Below, one piece after another: positions 19,485 through 30,038 of a DNA stretch of 64,000 nucleotides. Made by a program: the position numbers and the translations under genes. A model generated the notes under the pieces. That model made no database searches. It was not told the origin of the DNA and worked only from the letters and a program-made list of their open reading frames with translations. The DNA comes from Candidatus Cryptobacteroides sp. (GTDB taxonomy: Bacteria; Bacteroidota; Bacteroidia; Bacteroidales; UBA932). The stretch is taken from assembly GCA_045612265.1 (NCBI GenBank), contig JAZKYT010000018.1, positions 2,611 to 66,610 on the forward strand, written 5' to 3'. Each line of letters starts with the position of its first letter. Position 1 is the stretch's first letter.

Positions 19485-20891
19485 TTATTCTGCAGGATTC
19501 GAGCGGCGAGACGCCAATTCAACCTGCACTCCAGCCATCTTCTGCTTTGTCAGAGGATAGAACCATACGACTAGGATTGCTAACGCTGCTACAGCAGCAG
19601 GGATCCAGCTCATAAGGATTCTCAGACCCGTGATGGCTGTCTCGGTCTGAACTACTCCAGCAGTAGTGTCATATCCGAAGGCTGCGAGCATCCACATAAC
19701 GGCAGCACCACCAAAGGCTCCACCGAACTTCTGTGCCATAGATGCTGATGAGAAAATGAGACCGGTTGAAGCCGTTCCATCCTTAAGCTCTGAATAGTCA
19801 GCAACATCAGCATACATACTCCACACAAGTGGTGAAACCACGCCTGTGAAGATTGATATGAGAATCTGGAACGCAAGCATTGCCCAATATCCTCCTGTTG
19901 TGGCAGGAAGGAAGAAGAACATGATGCTGAGTCCGATGAGTATAGCCATCGAAAGGATATATGTGGACTTCTTTCCAAGATGTTTGGACATAGGTACCGC
20001 AAGCACAACTCCCACCATATTTGCAATCTCACCTATTGAGAGGAAGATGCTGGCCGACACAAGGAAAGCCCACTGCGGTGCCATTTCTACAGTCTTGACG
20101 ATATAGTCTGAGAAGAAATATGCTGTTGTTGTACCGCGGACTGTGTTGAAAAGATTCGAAGCAAGAGCAGCTCCGATCATGAGCCACCAAGGTTTGTTCT
20201 TGAGAAGAAGCTTAAGGTCCTGGCCTACAGATACAGTGGATTCACTCTTCACGTGCTCCTTTGTCATAAGGAAGCTGAGGATGAAGAAAATGAAGCAGCA
20301 TGAAGCAATCACAATCATCGCCTTGTTCCAAGCCTCAGGGCTTGTTGAAATTGCAGCGAGTCCGCTGGCTCCGGCTGTCACGACACGAGCCTTGTCAAAC
20401 ATATTGCAAAGCGGCTCCCATGCGAACAGGGCGATGAAGCTACCACCATATGCAAAGAACATTCTGAATGAAGAAAGCACTGACTTCTCATCAGAATCCG
20501 CTGTCATCACATTAAGAAGAGAACCGTAAGGAACATTGATTCCTGTATATACGGTCATCATAAGAATGTATGTCACATATGCCCATATGGTCTTGCCGGT
20601 CTCAGGAGTTGTGAAAAGAAGAACTCCACAAAGAGCGAACGGCAGAGCAAAGAACAGGAGATATGGACGATATTTTCCCCATCTTGTCTTCGTGCGATCG
20701 GCGATGATGCCCATCATCGGGTCCGAAACGGCATCCCAGATTCGAGTGACGAGCATAAGCACTCCCGCATCTGCCAGACTGAGGCCAAAGACATTTGAAT
20801 AAAAGAAAGGAAGGAAGTATGAGAAAAGCTTCCAGAACATCGATGAGGACATATCACCGAATCCGTAGCCTATTTTTTCGGTTAGTTTCAT
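19485..20891 (-). CDS. GPH-family (MFS) glycoside:cation symporter, likely mannobiose importer
   Basis: EKIGYGFGD, DAVSDPMMG..ADRT.TRWGKYRPY; multiple TM helices; adjacent to GH130. Confidence 0.9.
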   Translation of the reverse strand: MKLTEKIGYGFGDMSSSMFWKLFSYFLPFFYSNVFGLSLADAGVLMLVTRIWDAVSDPMMGIIADRTKTRWGKYRPYLLFFALPFALCGVLLFTTPETGKTIWAYVTYILMMTVYTGINVPYGSLLNVMTADSDEKSVLSSFRMFFAYGGSFIALFAWEPLCNMFDKARVVTAGASGLAAISTSPEAWNKAMIVIASCCFIFFILSFLMTKEHVKSESTVSVGQDLKLLLKNKPWWLMIGAALASNLFNTVRGTTTAYFFSDYIVKTVEMAPQWAFLVSASIFLSIGEIANMVGVVLAVPMSKHLGKKSTYILSMAILIGLSIMFFFLPATTGGYWAMLAFQILISIFTGVVSPLVWSMYADVADYSELKDGTASTGLIFSSASMAQKFGGAFGGAAVMWMLAAFGYDTTAGVVQTETAITGLRILMSWIPAAVAALAILVVWFYPLTKQKMAGVQVELASRRSNPAE

Positions 20892-20916
20892 AGTGTTATA
20901 AACGGGCGGTTATCTG

Positions 20917-22074
20917 TTATTTCAAATTCTTATCAATCAGGCGGTTGAGACGCTTTACAGTTTCACCTGTAGTGAAGCCGTCAGGCTCTGTATGGAGACA
21001 ATAGTCGACCAGACGGTCCACGGTCGAAGTCGCTACATGCATGCGCGTATCGCTAGACGCATAATAGATGAACACCTTGCCATCTTCGTCTGCAATCCAA
21101 CCATTAGTAAAGAGGACATTCATCACATCACCGATATATTCCTCTCCCTCCGGAGCCATAAAGAAACCTGCCGGTTCGGCGATCACCTTAGATGGATCTT
21201 CAAGAGATGTCATATATAGATAGAGAACATATCTAAGACCTGATGCGCAGCCACGTACGCCGTGCGCAAGGTGGAGCCATCCGCGGTCTGTCCTGATCGG
21301 ATGCGGACCTTCGCCATTCTTGGACTCCTTGATTGTGTGATAGTGGCGATGGTTGATGATCTTCTCATCAGTAATGACCACATGCTCCATGCTGTCCACG
21401 AGAGCCCAGCCTATTCCACCACCGTTTCCAGCATCTATGAATCCGTCCTGCGGACGTGTGTAGAGGGCATATTTACCATCCACGAACTCCGGATGAAGAA
21501 CCACGTTGCGCTGCTGCGAAGTCGATTCCATATCAGGAAGGCGCTCCCAGTTCACAAGATCCTTGGTGCGAGCAACACCGGCAGCGGCAACTGCAGAAGA
21601 AAGGTCACCTGGAGCCGCAGCGGGATCCTTGCGCTCTACGCAGAAGATACCATAGATCCAACCGTCCTCATGTGCAGTCAAACGCATATCATATACATTA
21701 GTCGCAGGTTCACCATATTCAGGCATAGTGATCGGACGGTCCCAGAAACGGAAGTTGTCCACTCCGTTAGGACTCTCTGCCACCGCAAAAAAAGACTTGC
21801 GGTCAGCTCCCTCGACACGAACTACAAGGACATACTTTCCATTCCATTTGATTGCTCCTGCATTGAAGGCTGCATGCACCTCAAAACGTTCCATAAGATA
21901 TGGATTTGTTTCCTTGTTAAGGTCATATCTCCAGAACAGCGGAGCGTGGGCTGCTGTGACAACCGGGTTCACATAGCGCTCATATACGCCATTACCTTCA
22001 ATCGGTTCGTTCTTTCTGGTAATGAGGGCCTCATGATGTGATTTGAGCCACTCAAGTCTTTCTTCAAAATTCAT
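20917..22074 (-). CDS. GH130 4-O-beta-D-mannosyl-D-glucose phosphorylase
   Basis: FNAGAIK, RVEGADRKSFFAVAES, YDMRLT.HEDG, YTRPQDGFI, KNGEGP, YYASSDTR. Confidence 0.92.
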   Translation of the reverse strand: MNFEERLEWLKSHHEALITRKNEPIEGNGVYERYVNPVVTAAHAPLFWRYDLNKETNPYLMERFEVHAAFNAGAIKWNGKYVLVVRVEGADRKSFFAVAESPNGVDNFRFWDRPITMPEYGEPATNVYDMRLTAHEDGWIYGIFCVERKDPAAAPGDLSSAVAAAGVARTKDLVNWERLPDMESTSQQRNVVLHPEFVDGKYALYTRPQDGFIDAGNGGGIGWALVDSMEHVVITDEKIINHRHYHTIKESKNGEGPHPIRTDRGWLHLAHGVRGCASGLRYVLYLYMTSLEDPSKVIAEPAGFFMAPEGEEYIGDVMNVLFTNGWIADEDGKVFIYYASSDTRMHVATSTVDRLVDYCLHTEPDGFTTGETVKRLNRLIDKNLK

Positions 22075-22092
22075 ATGATATATATTTATATT

Positions 22093-23181
22093 CTACAAAA
22101 ACATCATCTGATCCAATCCGGCGAATGCCTTGAAATCATCCGCAGAAACCTGTCCCGGGAACGGAGCATAATAGTGGTGCTCCATGTCGCAGGCATTTCT
22201 CCATGTGAGGACGTATGAGACAGGATAGTCCTTGATTGCCTCATAGAGAGTCTCTGTCCACCACTTAGGGTTAGGAATACTCTCATATCCGGTCTCTGTA
22301 ACAGCTGCAAGCTTGCCGTGCTTCTTCGCAAAAGCGCAAGTGATATCAAGCGCATTCTTCATATCAGCGATATATGAGGCATCATCACTATACTGATAGC
22401 AGTCAAAACCGACCATGTCAATAATATCATCGCCAGGATAACGCTCCTCGAAAAGCTCAGGAGTGAGTCCGCCGGCACCAGGAGAATATGACCAGATAAG
22501 GTGGTCAAGGCCACGCTCTACGGCCATATAGTCGTATGTCATTCTCCAAAGAGCCTTATACTGCTCTGTGGTGCAGAGTCTCTGACCCCACCAGAACCAG
22601 CTTCCGGTATGCTCATGCCAAGGTCTCCAGATGATTGGAACTGGAGTGCCGTCATCTGTCTTTATGGACTCCATAAAGTCTGCAGCATTCGAAAGCCATT
22701 TCATAAAATATTCGTGCTTCTCTCCGCCCGGAAGAATGGAAGCCACGACCTGGTCCGAAGTCACGTCCCAAGTGTCACCACCTGTCAAAGGGTTGCGAAG
22801 ATGCCATGAGAATGTCACAAAACCACCTCTTTCATGGTGGGCGATTGCAGCCTCACGTATATGTTTGAACGGATTCTTGTCCAGGCTTGCATCCCAGCAG
22901 AATTCAATACCGCCAAGGTCTGTTCCGAATACCGCAGGATAAGCATCAGTCACTGATTTCACATCAGATTGTACATACTCTGTAGCATCATCAGCCAGCT
23001 TCCAGGCGTGGCCATACATATAGTCATCCTGATGACCATACATAATCTTGCCATCCTCAACAAGGGTTGTAAGGCGATCTAAAAGAGCCTCAGCAGGAGT
23101 CTGCTGTCTTGAGGCGGAAGCGCACGATGCAAGTATAAGGGACGTCAGTGCAAATACGATTGAATAAAGTCTGGTTCGCAT
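22093..23181 (-). CDS. GH26 beta-mannanase/mannobiohydrolase, lipoprotein
   Basis: Start re-assigned to MRTRL; GHQDD, WRPWHEH.GSWFWWG, VTETG, LTWRNA. Confidence 0.9.
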   Translation of the reverse strand: MRTRLYSIVFALTSLILASCASASRQQTPAEALLDRLTTLVEDGKIMYGHQDDYMYGHAWKLADDATEYVQSDVKSVTDAYPAVFGTDLGGIEFCWDASLDKNPFKHIREAAIAHHERGGFVTFSWHLRNPLTGGDTWDVTSDQVVASILPGGEKHEYFMKWLSNAADFMESIKTDDGTPVPIIWRPWHEHTGSWFWWGQRLCTTEQYKALWRMTYDYMAVERGLDHLIWSYSPGAGGLTPELFEERYPGDDIIDMVGFDCYQYSDDASYIADMKNALDITCAFAKKHGKLAAVTETGYESIPNPKWWTETLYEAIKDYPVSYVLTWRNACDMEHHYYAPFPGQVSADDFKAFAGLDQMMFL

Positions 23182-23191
23182 AGTTATAATA

Positions 23192-24718
23192 TTAAAATGT
23201 TGGTGCTTGATTGTAGATATCCTCAAGAGAATAGTCGCTTCTGTAAGCTGTAGTCATAGCTCTGACCGCAGCCTCAGCTCCAGCAGAGCTATAATCGCCG
23301 GTCGCGTGATCAATGAATGCGTGGCACTCGTTGCCGGATCCCTTCGCACCATTGTCCCAGATGAAGCAAGGTACTCCATAACTCTTGGCGGCCTTTGTGA
23401 AATATTTAAGGTAGTACTGTTGGAATGCCTGCTCACGCTCGGTGGCACGGTTCACACAGCCGAACTCTCCCATATATACAGGTATACCCTTTTCAATGAA
23501 GTTCACATATATCTTCTCGAACATTGTTCTGATCTGAAGTTCATTATCTCCCGACACCTTATTAGACATATCAGCAGTATGACCCCATTCTGACTTAGTT
23601 GCAGAAAGCGCATAATCATATGGATCATAGCTGTGCACAGAAAGCATCAGACGATTCTCTGCTGCGTCTTCCGGCATGACAAAACTCTCGATTGCAATAT
23701 CAACATTTGTACAGTAAGCAGGGATACCGAGAATACGTGTCGAGTTGTTTCCTCCCGTAGATCTCACGGCATCAACAAATTTCTGATTCCACTCGTTGAG
23801 ACACTTGTACTGCTTTCCTCCATCTTCCCTGTTGGTGCCCCAACCCCAGCCACCGTCGTGAATCTCGTTGAAGGCCTCGAACACGAGGAAATCACCCTTA
23901 TCCTTGAACTTCTCCGCAATCTGAGTCCACATCGCCTCGATCTGCGCAAGAACCTGAGCCTGTATTTCTGCATTATTTGCTGCACCCTTGATGTTAAGCC
24001 AATATTTGCTGTCACCACCGTCATGATGCATGTTGATCACAGCATTCAAGCCTGCATTTTCAGCATAATCCACAAGCTCGGCAACACGATTCAGCCAAGC
24101 CTCCTCAATCTTATATTCTGGAGCATCTCCTATGTGGCCCATCCAGGTCACAGGAATGCGGACTGTAGTGAAACCTGCAGCCTTCACCTTATTGAATGTT
24201 GCCTGAGTTGCTTTAGGATTGCCCCATGCAGTCTCTCCTGACACGCCGTTGTTATGAGCATCCATCTGATTTCCGAGATTCCATCCGAGTCCGAACTTAT
24301 TCAGCATCTGCCAAGCCACACTTCCGTTGTTATCAGGAAGGATCGGATCATCTCCACCAGGTTCATCTTTCTTCTCAGCTGCTGCCTGTGTGACATCCAC
24401 ATATACCTTTTCATCTCCCGCCACCAGAGAAACCTTTACAACGCGCTCCTCCGCCTTATCATTAGCCGAGGCTGTGAAAGTCACAAGAATCTTATGATCC
24501 TCGCTCTTTGTTCCCTGCTTGGCAGTCAGCCACATGTCTGAAACAATATAAAGTTTCTCAGAAGCAGTCACTGTCACGGTCTGCTCACCTCCTTCGGCAG
24601 CAAACTCCAGGGCTGTCTTGTCTGCAGACAGCTTGACATGCTCAGGCTGCGGCTGCGGATCCTTGCCGCATGAAACAGCCAGAAATATGCTCAAAATGGT
24701 GAAAAGCATTACTTTCAT
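23192..24718 (-). CDS. GH5 (subfamily 4-like) endoglucanase with N-terminal BACON domain, lipoprotein
   Basis: GWNLGNQMDA, VRIPVTW, FEAFNEIH, YMGEFG, WDNG; lipobox AVSC. Confidence 0.88.
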   Translation of the reverse strand: MKVMLFTILSIFLAVSCGKDPQPQPEHVKLSADKTALEFAAEGGEQTVTVTASEKLYIVSDMWLTAKQGTKSEDHKILVTFTASANDKAEERVVKVSLVAGDEKVYVDVTQAAAEKKDEPGGDDPILPDNNGSVAWQMLNKFGLGWNLGNQMDAHNNGVSGETAWGNPKATQATFNKVKAAGFTTVRIPVTWMGHIGDAPEYKIEEAWLNRVAELVDYAENAGLNAVINMHHDGGDSKYWLNIKGAANNAEIQAQVLAQIEAMWTQIAEKFKDKGDFLVFEAFNEIHDGGWGWGTNREDGGKQYKCLNEWNQKFVDAVRSTGGNNSTRILGIPAYCTNVDIAIESFVMPEDAAENRLMLSVHSYDPYDYALSATKSEWGHTADMSNKVSGDNELQIRTMFEKIYVNFIEKGIPVYMGEFGCVNRATEREQAFQQYYLKYFTKAAKSYGVPCFIWDNGAKGSGNECHAFIDHATGDYSSAGAEAAVRAMTTAYRSDYSLEDIYNQAPTF

Positions 24719-24728
24719 ATTTTGTAGA

Positions 24729-26210
24729 TTATTTAAGAGAAGGCATATCCTCGCGGTTGATTACATTCTGGTCGGAAATGACCTGCTTCCAATATGTAGA
24801 TGTGTTGAGTTTGAAATTATTGTCTGACGGGGTCAGAAGGATATTGCCGTTTGAATCGGCATTAGGCCAGACCATGAACCAGGACCACTTGTTGCCGGCC
24901 GCCATGCACTTTGACGGATCCGGAATATTGCCGCACTCGCTCACGGTGACAAGTTTCTTTCCCTTGGTCATATCCACAAGCGCCTGATACTGGCGGGTCT
25001 TCGCATCTGTGTCTGGTGCATATATATCAACACCCACGATATCCACATATTCGTCGCCAGGATACCAATCAAGATACTGATCCTCTGCTCCGGCTGTCAC
25101 ATCCACGGTCCACACCCAGATGAGGTTGTCCAGACCATATACATTCACAAGCTGGTCATAGAGAAGCTTCCACAACTGCTTGCAAGGCTCCGCTCCATGT
25201 CTTCCCCACCAGAACCAGGCTCCGTTAGGACCATATAGGTTATAGTTTCCGGCTGCCTCATGAAGAGGACGCCAGATCACCGGGATATTCTCATCCTCAA
25301 GAAGCTGAAGATATCCGGCGACCTCCTCGATATCCTTCATGATGAAGTCATGCTGCCATGTGCCTTCCTTCAAGGCCTCTCTGATGTCGAAGGAAGTCTT
25401 GTCACAATAGAAAGCGTAGCCGTCGAAATTATAATTGTTCACACCGTTTTCCCAATCCGCCATGCTGCTGGGAACATTCCAGTGCCACATATAGTTTACC
25501 AGACCGTTTGCCGCCCACTGCTCCTTAGGAGCGGAAATGTCGTTGTAGTTCTGAATCCAACTCCAGTTATCCGGGGTAGGAGAGAACTGAAGGAAGAGGA
25601 AGTCGTAGCCTGCCAGAGCCGGGTGCTTTCCGGTGTGATTATAGACGGCGTCTATGAAGTCGTTCTTATGACAATGGCTTGACTGCACTCCTGACAACGT
25701 CTTCTTGCCGCTCTGCTCAAGCAGGAAGCTGTATACATTTCGAGCTTCCTTGGAGGCTTTTGGGTTGACAAGGGTCTTGACGGGATCAAGGTCAGATGGC
25801 ACATATGGCTCGACCTTCTTCATTGAGAATGTGAACTTAACTTCTTCAGAACCTTCCTGATTCGGACGATATCCCTGCACGGCTCCGGCCGGAACGGTCA
25901 GAACATAAGATCCGCCACCTTCCAGACCGGACACCTTTATTGTAAGGTCAGTCATGTAGGCGTTTACATTATCGACTGACGCTCCTCCATCTATCGAGAT
26001 CAAGACCTGCTTGTCAGAAGGACATTTGATGTTCTGGTCGAATGTCATCTTTACCGTGAGTTCACCACCGGTCAATCCCTGCGTTCCATCTGTCGGATCG
26101 CAGGACACCAGTTTCGGTCCGGCAGCCTTCTGCACGAGGGGCTCGACAGGCTCCTGACATCCCGCCAGGAGAAGACCAAGACCCAAAATTCCCAATAAAA
26201 GTTTCTTCAT
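24729..26210 (-). CDS. GH26 endo-beta-mannanase with N-terminal Ig-like domain, lipoprotein
   Basis: WRPLHEAAG, WFWWG, WYPGDEYVDIVG.D.Y, SECG, WSWFMVW; lipobox LAGC. Confidence 0.9.
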   Translation of the reverse strand: MKKLLLGILGLGLLLAGCQEPVEPLVQKAAGPKLVSCDPTDGTQGLTGGELTVKMTFDQNIKCPSDKQVLISIDGGASVDNVNAYMTDLTIKVSGLEGGGSYVLTVPAGAVQGYRPNQEGSEEVKFTFSMKKVEPYVPSDLDPVKTLVNPKASKEARNVYSFLLEQSGKKTLSGVQSSHCHKNDFIDAVYNHTGKHPALAGYDFLFLQFSPTPDNWSWIQNYNDISAPKEQWAANGLVNYMWHWNVPSSMADWENGVNNYNFDGYAFYCDKTSFDIREALKEGTWQHDFIMKDIEEVAGYLQLLEDENIPVIWRPLHEAAGNYNLYGPNGAWFWWGRHGAEPCKQLWKLLYDQLVNVYGLDNLIWVWTVDVTAGAEDQYLDWYPGDEYVDIVGVDIYAPDTDAKTRQYQALVDMTKGKKLVTVSECGNIPDPSKCMAAGNKWSWFMVWPNADSNGNILLTPSDNNFKLNTSTYWKQVISDQNVINREDMPSLK

Positions 26211-26235
26211 ACTGCTTTCGCCACTTGATTTTGGA

Positions 26236-26265
26236 TCCCAAGGAGGCGGTCAGGCCTCCCTGGGA
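26236..26265 (-). other. Intra-operon stem-loop without U-tract (mRNA stabiliser/processing site)
   Basis: Minus strand UCCCAGGGAGGC-cugacc-GCCUCCUUGGGA, 12-bp stem with one G-U. Confidence 0.6.
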
Positions 26266-26275
26266 AATATAGGTT

Positions 26276-28708
26276 TTATGGGAGAATGGTTATTTCATCA
26301 ATAATCCAATCCTGACCCTGGATTACGAAGGCAACTCTGGTGTCACCATTCTTATAATCCGCATTCTGTCCCCAATAATCACCAGGCGTCGCCTTCAGAT
26401 GGTCGAGAAGTTCCTGAGTGAGAGTGAGTTCAACTCTTGTAACATCCTTTCCTCCTGCATTATCTGTATTGAGGTAAGCGCCTCCGAGTTCAGGGAAAGA
26501 TACAGTAGTATTTGCCCACCATCCGTCATTGAACTGCACCTGTCCCCAGGCATCTGTCTGAGTGCAATAGATGATCATTTTAGCACCAGCATTGAGACCC
26601 TCAAAATAATTCATTGCAAGACCGAAACGTCCACTGTCATCCCAAGTCAGTGCAGTTGGACCCTTATAGATTGTTATCTCCTGAGAAATCTCATTTGTGA
26701 GAGTAACCGATGACACAGTAAAGAATGTACCGGTAATCACGAGACCACCCTGGTTCACAAGAGCATCAATATCGGCTGCAGCGAGCTTGATTGCACAATA
26801 TGTTGCACCTGGATCAAGCATGATGTTGCCGTCACCGCCACCTGCGATTTCGAGAGGAGTAGGAAGAGATGCCCAGCTTCCGTTTGCGATACGGATCTGT
26901 GGAGTATATTCAGGGTTCTCATCCTGAGTGAAGTATACAGTAAGGGTTGTTCCCGGTTTTACTGTTGACCAGTCATAACCGCCCCACGCAAGAGTCTGCA
27001 TTCCTGTCCATGCAATATGCTCGCTACCTTCCCAGATGGTCTTGATGTCAAGCTCGAGACCCACCTCGATCTGAGTTGCAACAGTCTCTGTGTCACCATC
27101 AAAGAGGAGGAAGCTCATGTTGTACATACCGGCCTTGTTCCAAGGCATGAGGAAACGAACCTCGGTGTCTGTACGTACGCTGTACTGTGTAACCTTCACG
27201 TCGCCGATGAAGATGTTCTCAACAAGACCGAAGTTAGATCCCTGGAGAACAACCTCCTGACCGATGTGCTGCATTGCAGGCATTGAAGTGATGATCACCT
27301 TAGAGTGATAGTTCACCTTAACCTCATCCGCAGACTCTACGACAACACCATTTGCGAGAGTAAAGGCAACCTTACCTGAAATAGATGAAAGAGTCGTCTT
27401 TACAGTGATCTGACCGTCAGCATACTCGAACTCAGCATCACGGCCACCAAGAGTAGCAGAAACAACGAGGTCGAGATCCTCACCTGTCACAACGATATTC
27501 TCATCACCGGCATAAAGCTCGAGAGGAGAAACAGCAGTGATGACAGGCTTCACAATTTCGATAGCTGCAGTCTCGACAGTCTTGCCGTTTGCAAGAGTGA
27601 GAACAACAGTTCCGTCCACTGCTTCTGCAGGGATGGTAAAAGTGATCTTATTGTCAACATATGCATACTCAAGAGCTGTACCTGCGAGGGTAGCACCTGT
27701 CACGAGGTCGAGGTCCTTACCTGTAACAACAGCATTGAGACCAGCCTTGTAGCGAGACTCTGGAGCAATTGCAACTTCGGTAGGAACCACTGTTGTATAA
27801 GCACCAGCAACAAATTCTTCTCCAGCATATGTAGTGAGGACTACCTCTCCCTCAACCACAGAAGCAGGAAGAACAACAGTAACAGACTTATGATCCTCTG
27901 CAAGTGTAAAATCAACATCTGTATATGCCACGGCGTCATCAGCACCTGTCTTGAATGCAGCCTTCTCAATCATATCGAGGTACGCACCCTCAACCTTGAT
28001 TGTAGCACCAGCCTTAAGCATACCTCTATCAACAGTCTTAACAGTAGGAGATCCTATTGTAAGGACATCCTTCGAAGGCACATTGTTAGGAATAAGGCCA
28101 TCCGGATTGTTGTTCTCGTCAACGTCACCGATAGTCACAGGACCTGTCACAGCATTTGAAGGAACGATGAACTTGAGTTCACGACGGCTCTTCTCAGTGA
28201 TCTGATTGCCATTCACATAGACTCCATTATTAAGAACGATCTGCTGAACATTGTAGAGATAGTCACCCTTAACTGTAACTACGTCACCCGGCATTGCAGA
28301 AGACGGAGTGAATGATTCCAGGACGATACCTTCTGTGAAAGAAAGCTCTGTCATACTCTCATATACATTTCCAGCGTCATCAACAATCACAACTGGACCG
28401 GTCACAGAAGCATCTTCTGCTCCAGCAGCAGGTGTCACCACGCGAATCTCACTGACTCTGCCTGATGATACGACTTCAATCTCAGTGATAGGCTCTGCGC
28501 CCGGAATCTGTACCTCGACGATCTTGTCGAGATTGCTACCCAAAATACGAAGCTCGGCTCCACGGACAATTGGATTCGGTGCAAATGCGCCAAATACTAC
28601 AGCATCATCCGAAAACTGATCTGTCGACAGCTCCTCAGGAGCACACGACACCAGTCCTACAAGAGAGCAGAGGGCAAGAAGTATTGAATATCTGAATATA
28701 TTTTTCAT
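26276..28708 (-). CDS. Surface glycan-binding lipoprotein with tandem IPT/TIG (Ig-like) domains
   Basis: Lipobox LVSC; repeated G.(N/D)L..V units; Trp-rich C-terminal modules; downstream of SusD. Confidence 0.75.
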   Translation of the reverse strand: MKNIFRYSILLALCSLVGLVSCAPEELSTDQFSDDAVVFGAFAPNPIVRGAELRILGSNLDKIVEVQIPGAEPITEIEVVSSGRVSEIRVVTPAAGAEDASVTGPVVIVDDAGNVYESMTELSFTEGIVLESFTPSSAMPGDVVTVKGDYLYNVQQIVLNNGVYVNGNQITEKSRRELKFIVPSNAVTGPVTIGDVDENNNPDGLIPNNVPSKDVLTIGSPTVKTVDRGMLKAGATIKVEGAYLDMIEKAAFKTGADDAVAYTDVDFTLAEDHKSVTVVLPASVVEGEVVLTTYAGEEFVAGAYTTVVPTEVAIAPESRYKAGLNAVVTGKDLDLVTGATLAGTALEYAYVDNKITFTIPAEAVDGTVVLTLANGKTVETAAIEIVKPVITAVSPLELYAGDENIVVTGEDLDLVVSATLGGRDAEFEYADGQITVKTTLSSISGKVAFTLANGVVVESADEVKVNYHSKVIITSMPAMQHIGQEVVLQGSNFGLVENIFIGDVKVTQYSVRTDTEVRFLMPWNKAGMYNMSFLLFDGDTETVATQIEVGLELDIKTIWEGSEHIAWTGMQTLAWGGYDWSTVKPGTTLTVYFTQDENPEYTPQIRIANGSWASLPTPLEIAGGGDGNIMLDPGATYCAIKLAAADIDALVNQGGLVITGTFFTVSSVTLTNEISQEITIYKGPTALTWDDSGRFGLAMNYFEGLNAGAKMIIYCTQTDAWGQVQFNDGWWANTTVSFPELGGAYLNTDNAGGKDVTRVELTLTQELLDHLKATPGDYWGQNADYKNGDTRVAFVIQGQDWIIDEITILP

Positions 28709-28725
28709 AATCTTTCCCTATTAAA

Positions 28726-30024
28726 TTATTTCACTGGTACTGCACGGAGGTTGTCGATTCTGAAGATCGGTGTACACTCAACTCCGTTCACGCCACCTGA
28801 CCAAGGCCAGATCACAAATGTTGCAAAGTCTTCAGGTCTCTCCAATCTAACCTTGCCGTCTGTTCCATCCGAATTATACTTAAAGTCTGAGAATGGAACT
28901 GTCACTGTAATCCACTTGTCGCCAGTATCGAATGAGCCTGTAGCCTCCCATGGACGATAGAGTCCGCGGCAGAGGTCGAGACCGGCAGGATCGCTTGATG
29001 ATGCGTGAACGAAAGTATTGTTCTGCCAAGAATCGTTTGCTGCCTTGTCTGAGCTACAGAAGATAAGCTGCATTGCACCTGACATCCAAGGGTTGCTTGA
29101 TGGAATGAAGAGCTCAAACTTAAGGGCCATATTCTGGAAATTTGTAAAATCGACGATATGGCAGATAGGAGTTCCCGGACCTGATGTAACGCTCATAGGA
29201 TCACCGTTCCAGTTTCCGCACCAGAAGTCGATCTTGAAATCTTCGTTCCATGCACCGTCAGCAGAAAGAGGATTTGCACTCTTAAGCTCAACATAGTTAC
29301 CCATGATACCACCATCCGACTTGTACTCACCTCTATAGTTCCATCCCTGAGGAACGATATCGGTTGTACCGTCAAAGTCAGTGATGAGACCGCCGCAGAA
29401 ATCATAGTATGAGAATGGTGAGCGTGCAAGTCCCGACTCTGTCTCGAGCTTGATCTTACCTGGCTTTGCATCGGCAGGGATTGTGAAGGTTGCCTCTGTC
29501 ATTGAAAGATTCTTGAACTCAGTCACCGAAGGACCATTTCCATCCTCGAATGTGATGGTCATAGGCTCCTTGAAATAGTTACCATATACAGTAACCTCCT
29601 CACCTGGCTTCTGGAACTCGCAAGACATCGACTTAAGCTGCGGAGCAGGAAGCATTACCTTGAAATCATAAGTTACTGTATCCTTGGCTGCAGTAATCAT
29701 GTAGATCTTGTCTGTCTGAACTTTTGGAAGCTCCTTCGGAACAGATACCACAAGGGTGTTTTCTGTCATGAAGCTGGTGTTAAGCACCGCCTGCTGATCG
29801 TTGAACCAGAGCTGGTTGATACTGCGAAGGTTCTGACCGACAATGCAGATAATCTCCTGCATATATGCTGCGTCAATGACAACGTCCTTGTCAGCATATC
29901 TTATGAAATCCACTGATGGTACGCCTTCTGTTGGCACGAAGGCATCTGGCTGATCCTCACAAGAAACTGCAAGAAATCCGACAGATATCGCCATAGCGGT
30001 CAATATTCTATTTAGGTATTTCAT
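28726..30024 (-). CDS. SGBP-B-like surface glycan-binding lipoprotein
   Basis: Lipobox AVSC; two TIG domains and C-terminal LKFE...W.TVTVPFSDF glycan-binding module. Confidence 0.8.
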   Translation of the reverse strand: MKYLNRILTAMAISVGFLAVSCEDQPDAFVPTEGVPSVDFIRYADKDVVIDAAYMQEIICIVGQNLRSINQLWFNDQQAVLNTSFMTENTLVVSVPKELPKVQTDKIYMITAAKDTVTYDFKVMLPAPQLKSMSCEFQKPGEEVTVYGNYFKEPMTITFEDGNGPSVTEFKNLSMTEATFTIPADAKPGKIKLETESGLARSPFSYYDFCGGLITDFDGTTDIVPQGWNYRGEYKSDGGIMGNYVELKSANPLSADGAWNEDFKIDFWCGNWNGDPMSVTSGPGTPICHIVDFTNFQNMALKFELFIPSSNPWMSGAMQLIFCSSDKAANDSWQNNTFVHASSSDPAGLDLCRGLYRPWEATGSFDTGDKWITVTVPFSDFKYNSDGTDGKVRLERPEDFATFVIWPWSGGVNGVECTPIFRIDNLRAVPVK

Positions 30025-30038
30025 AATACTGTCTTCGA

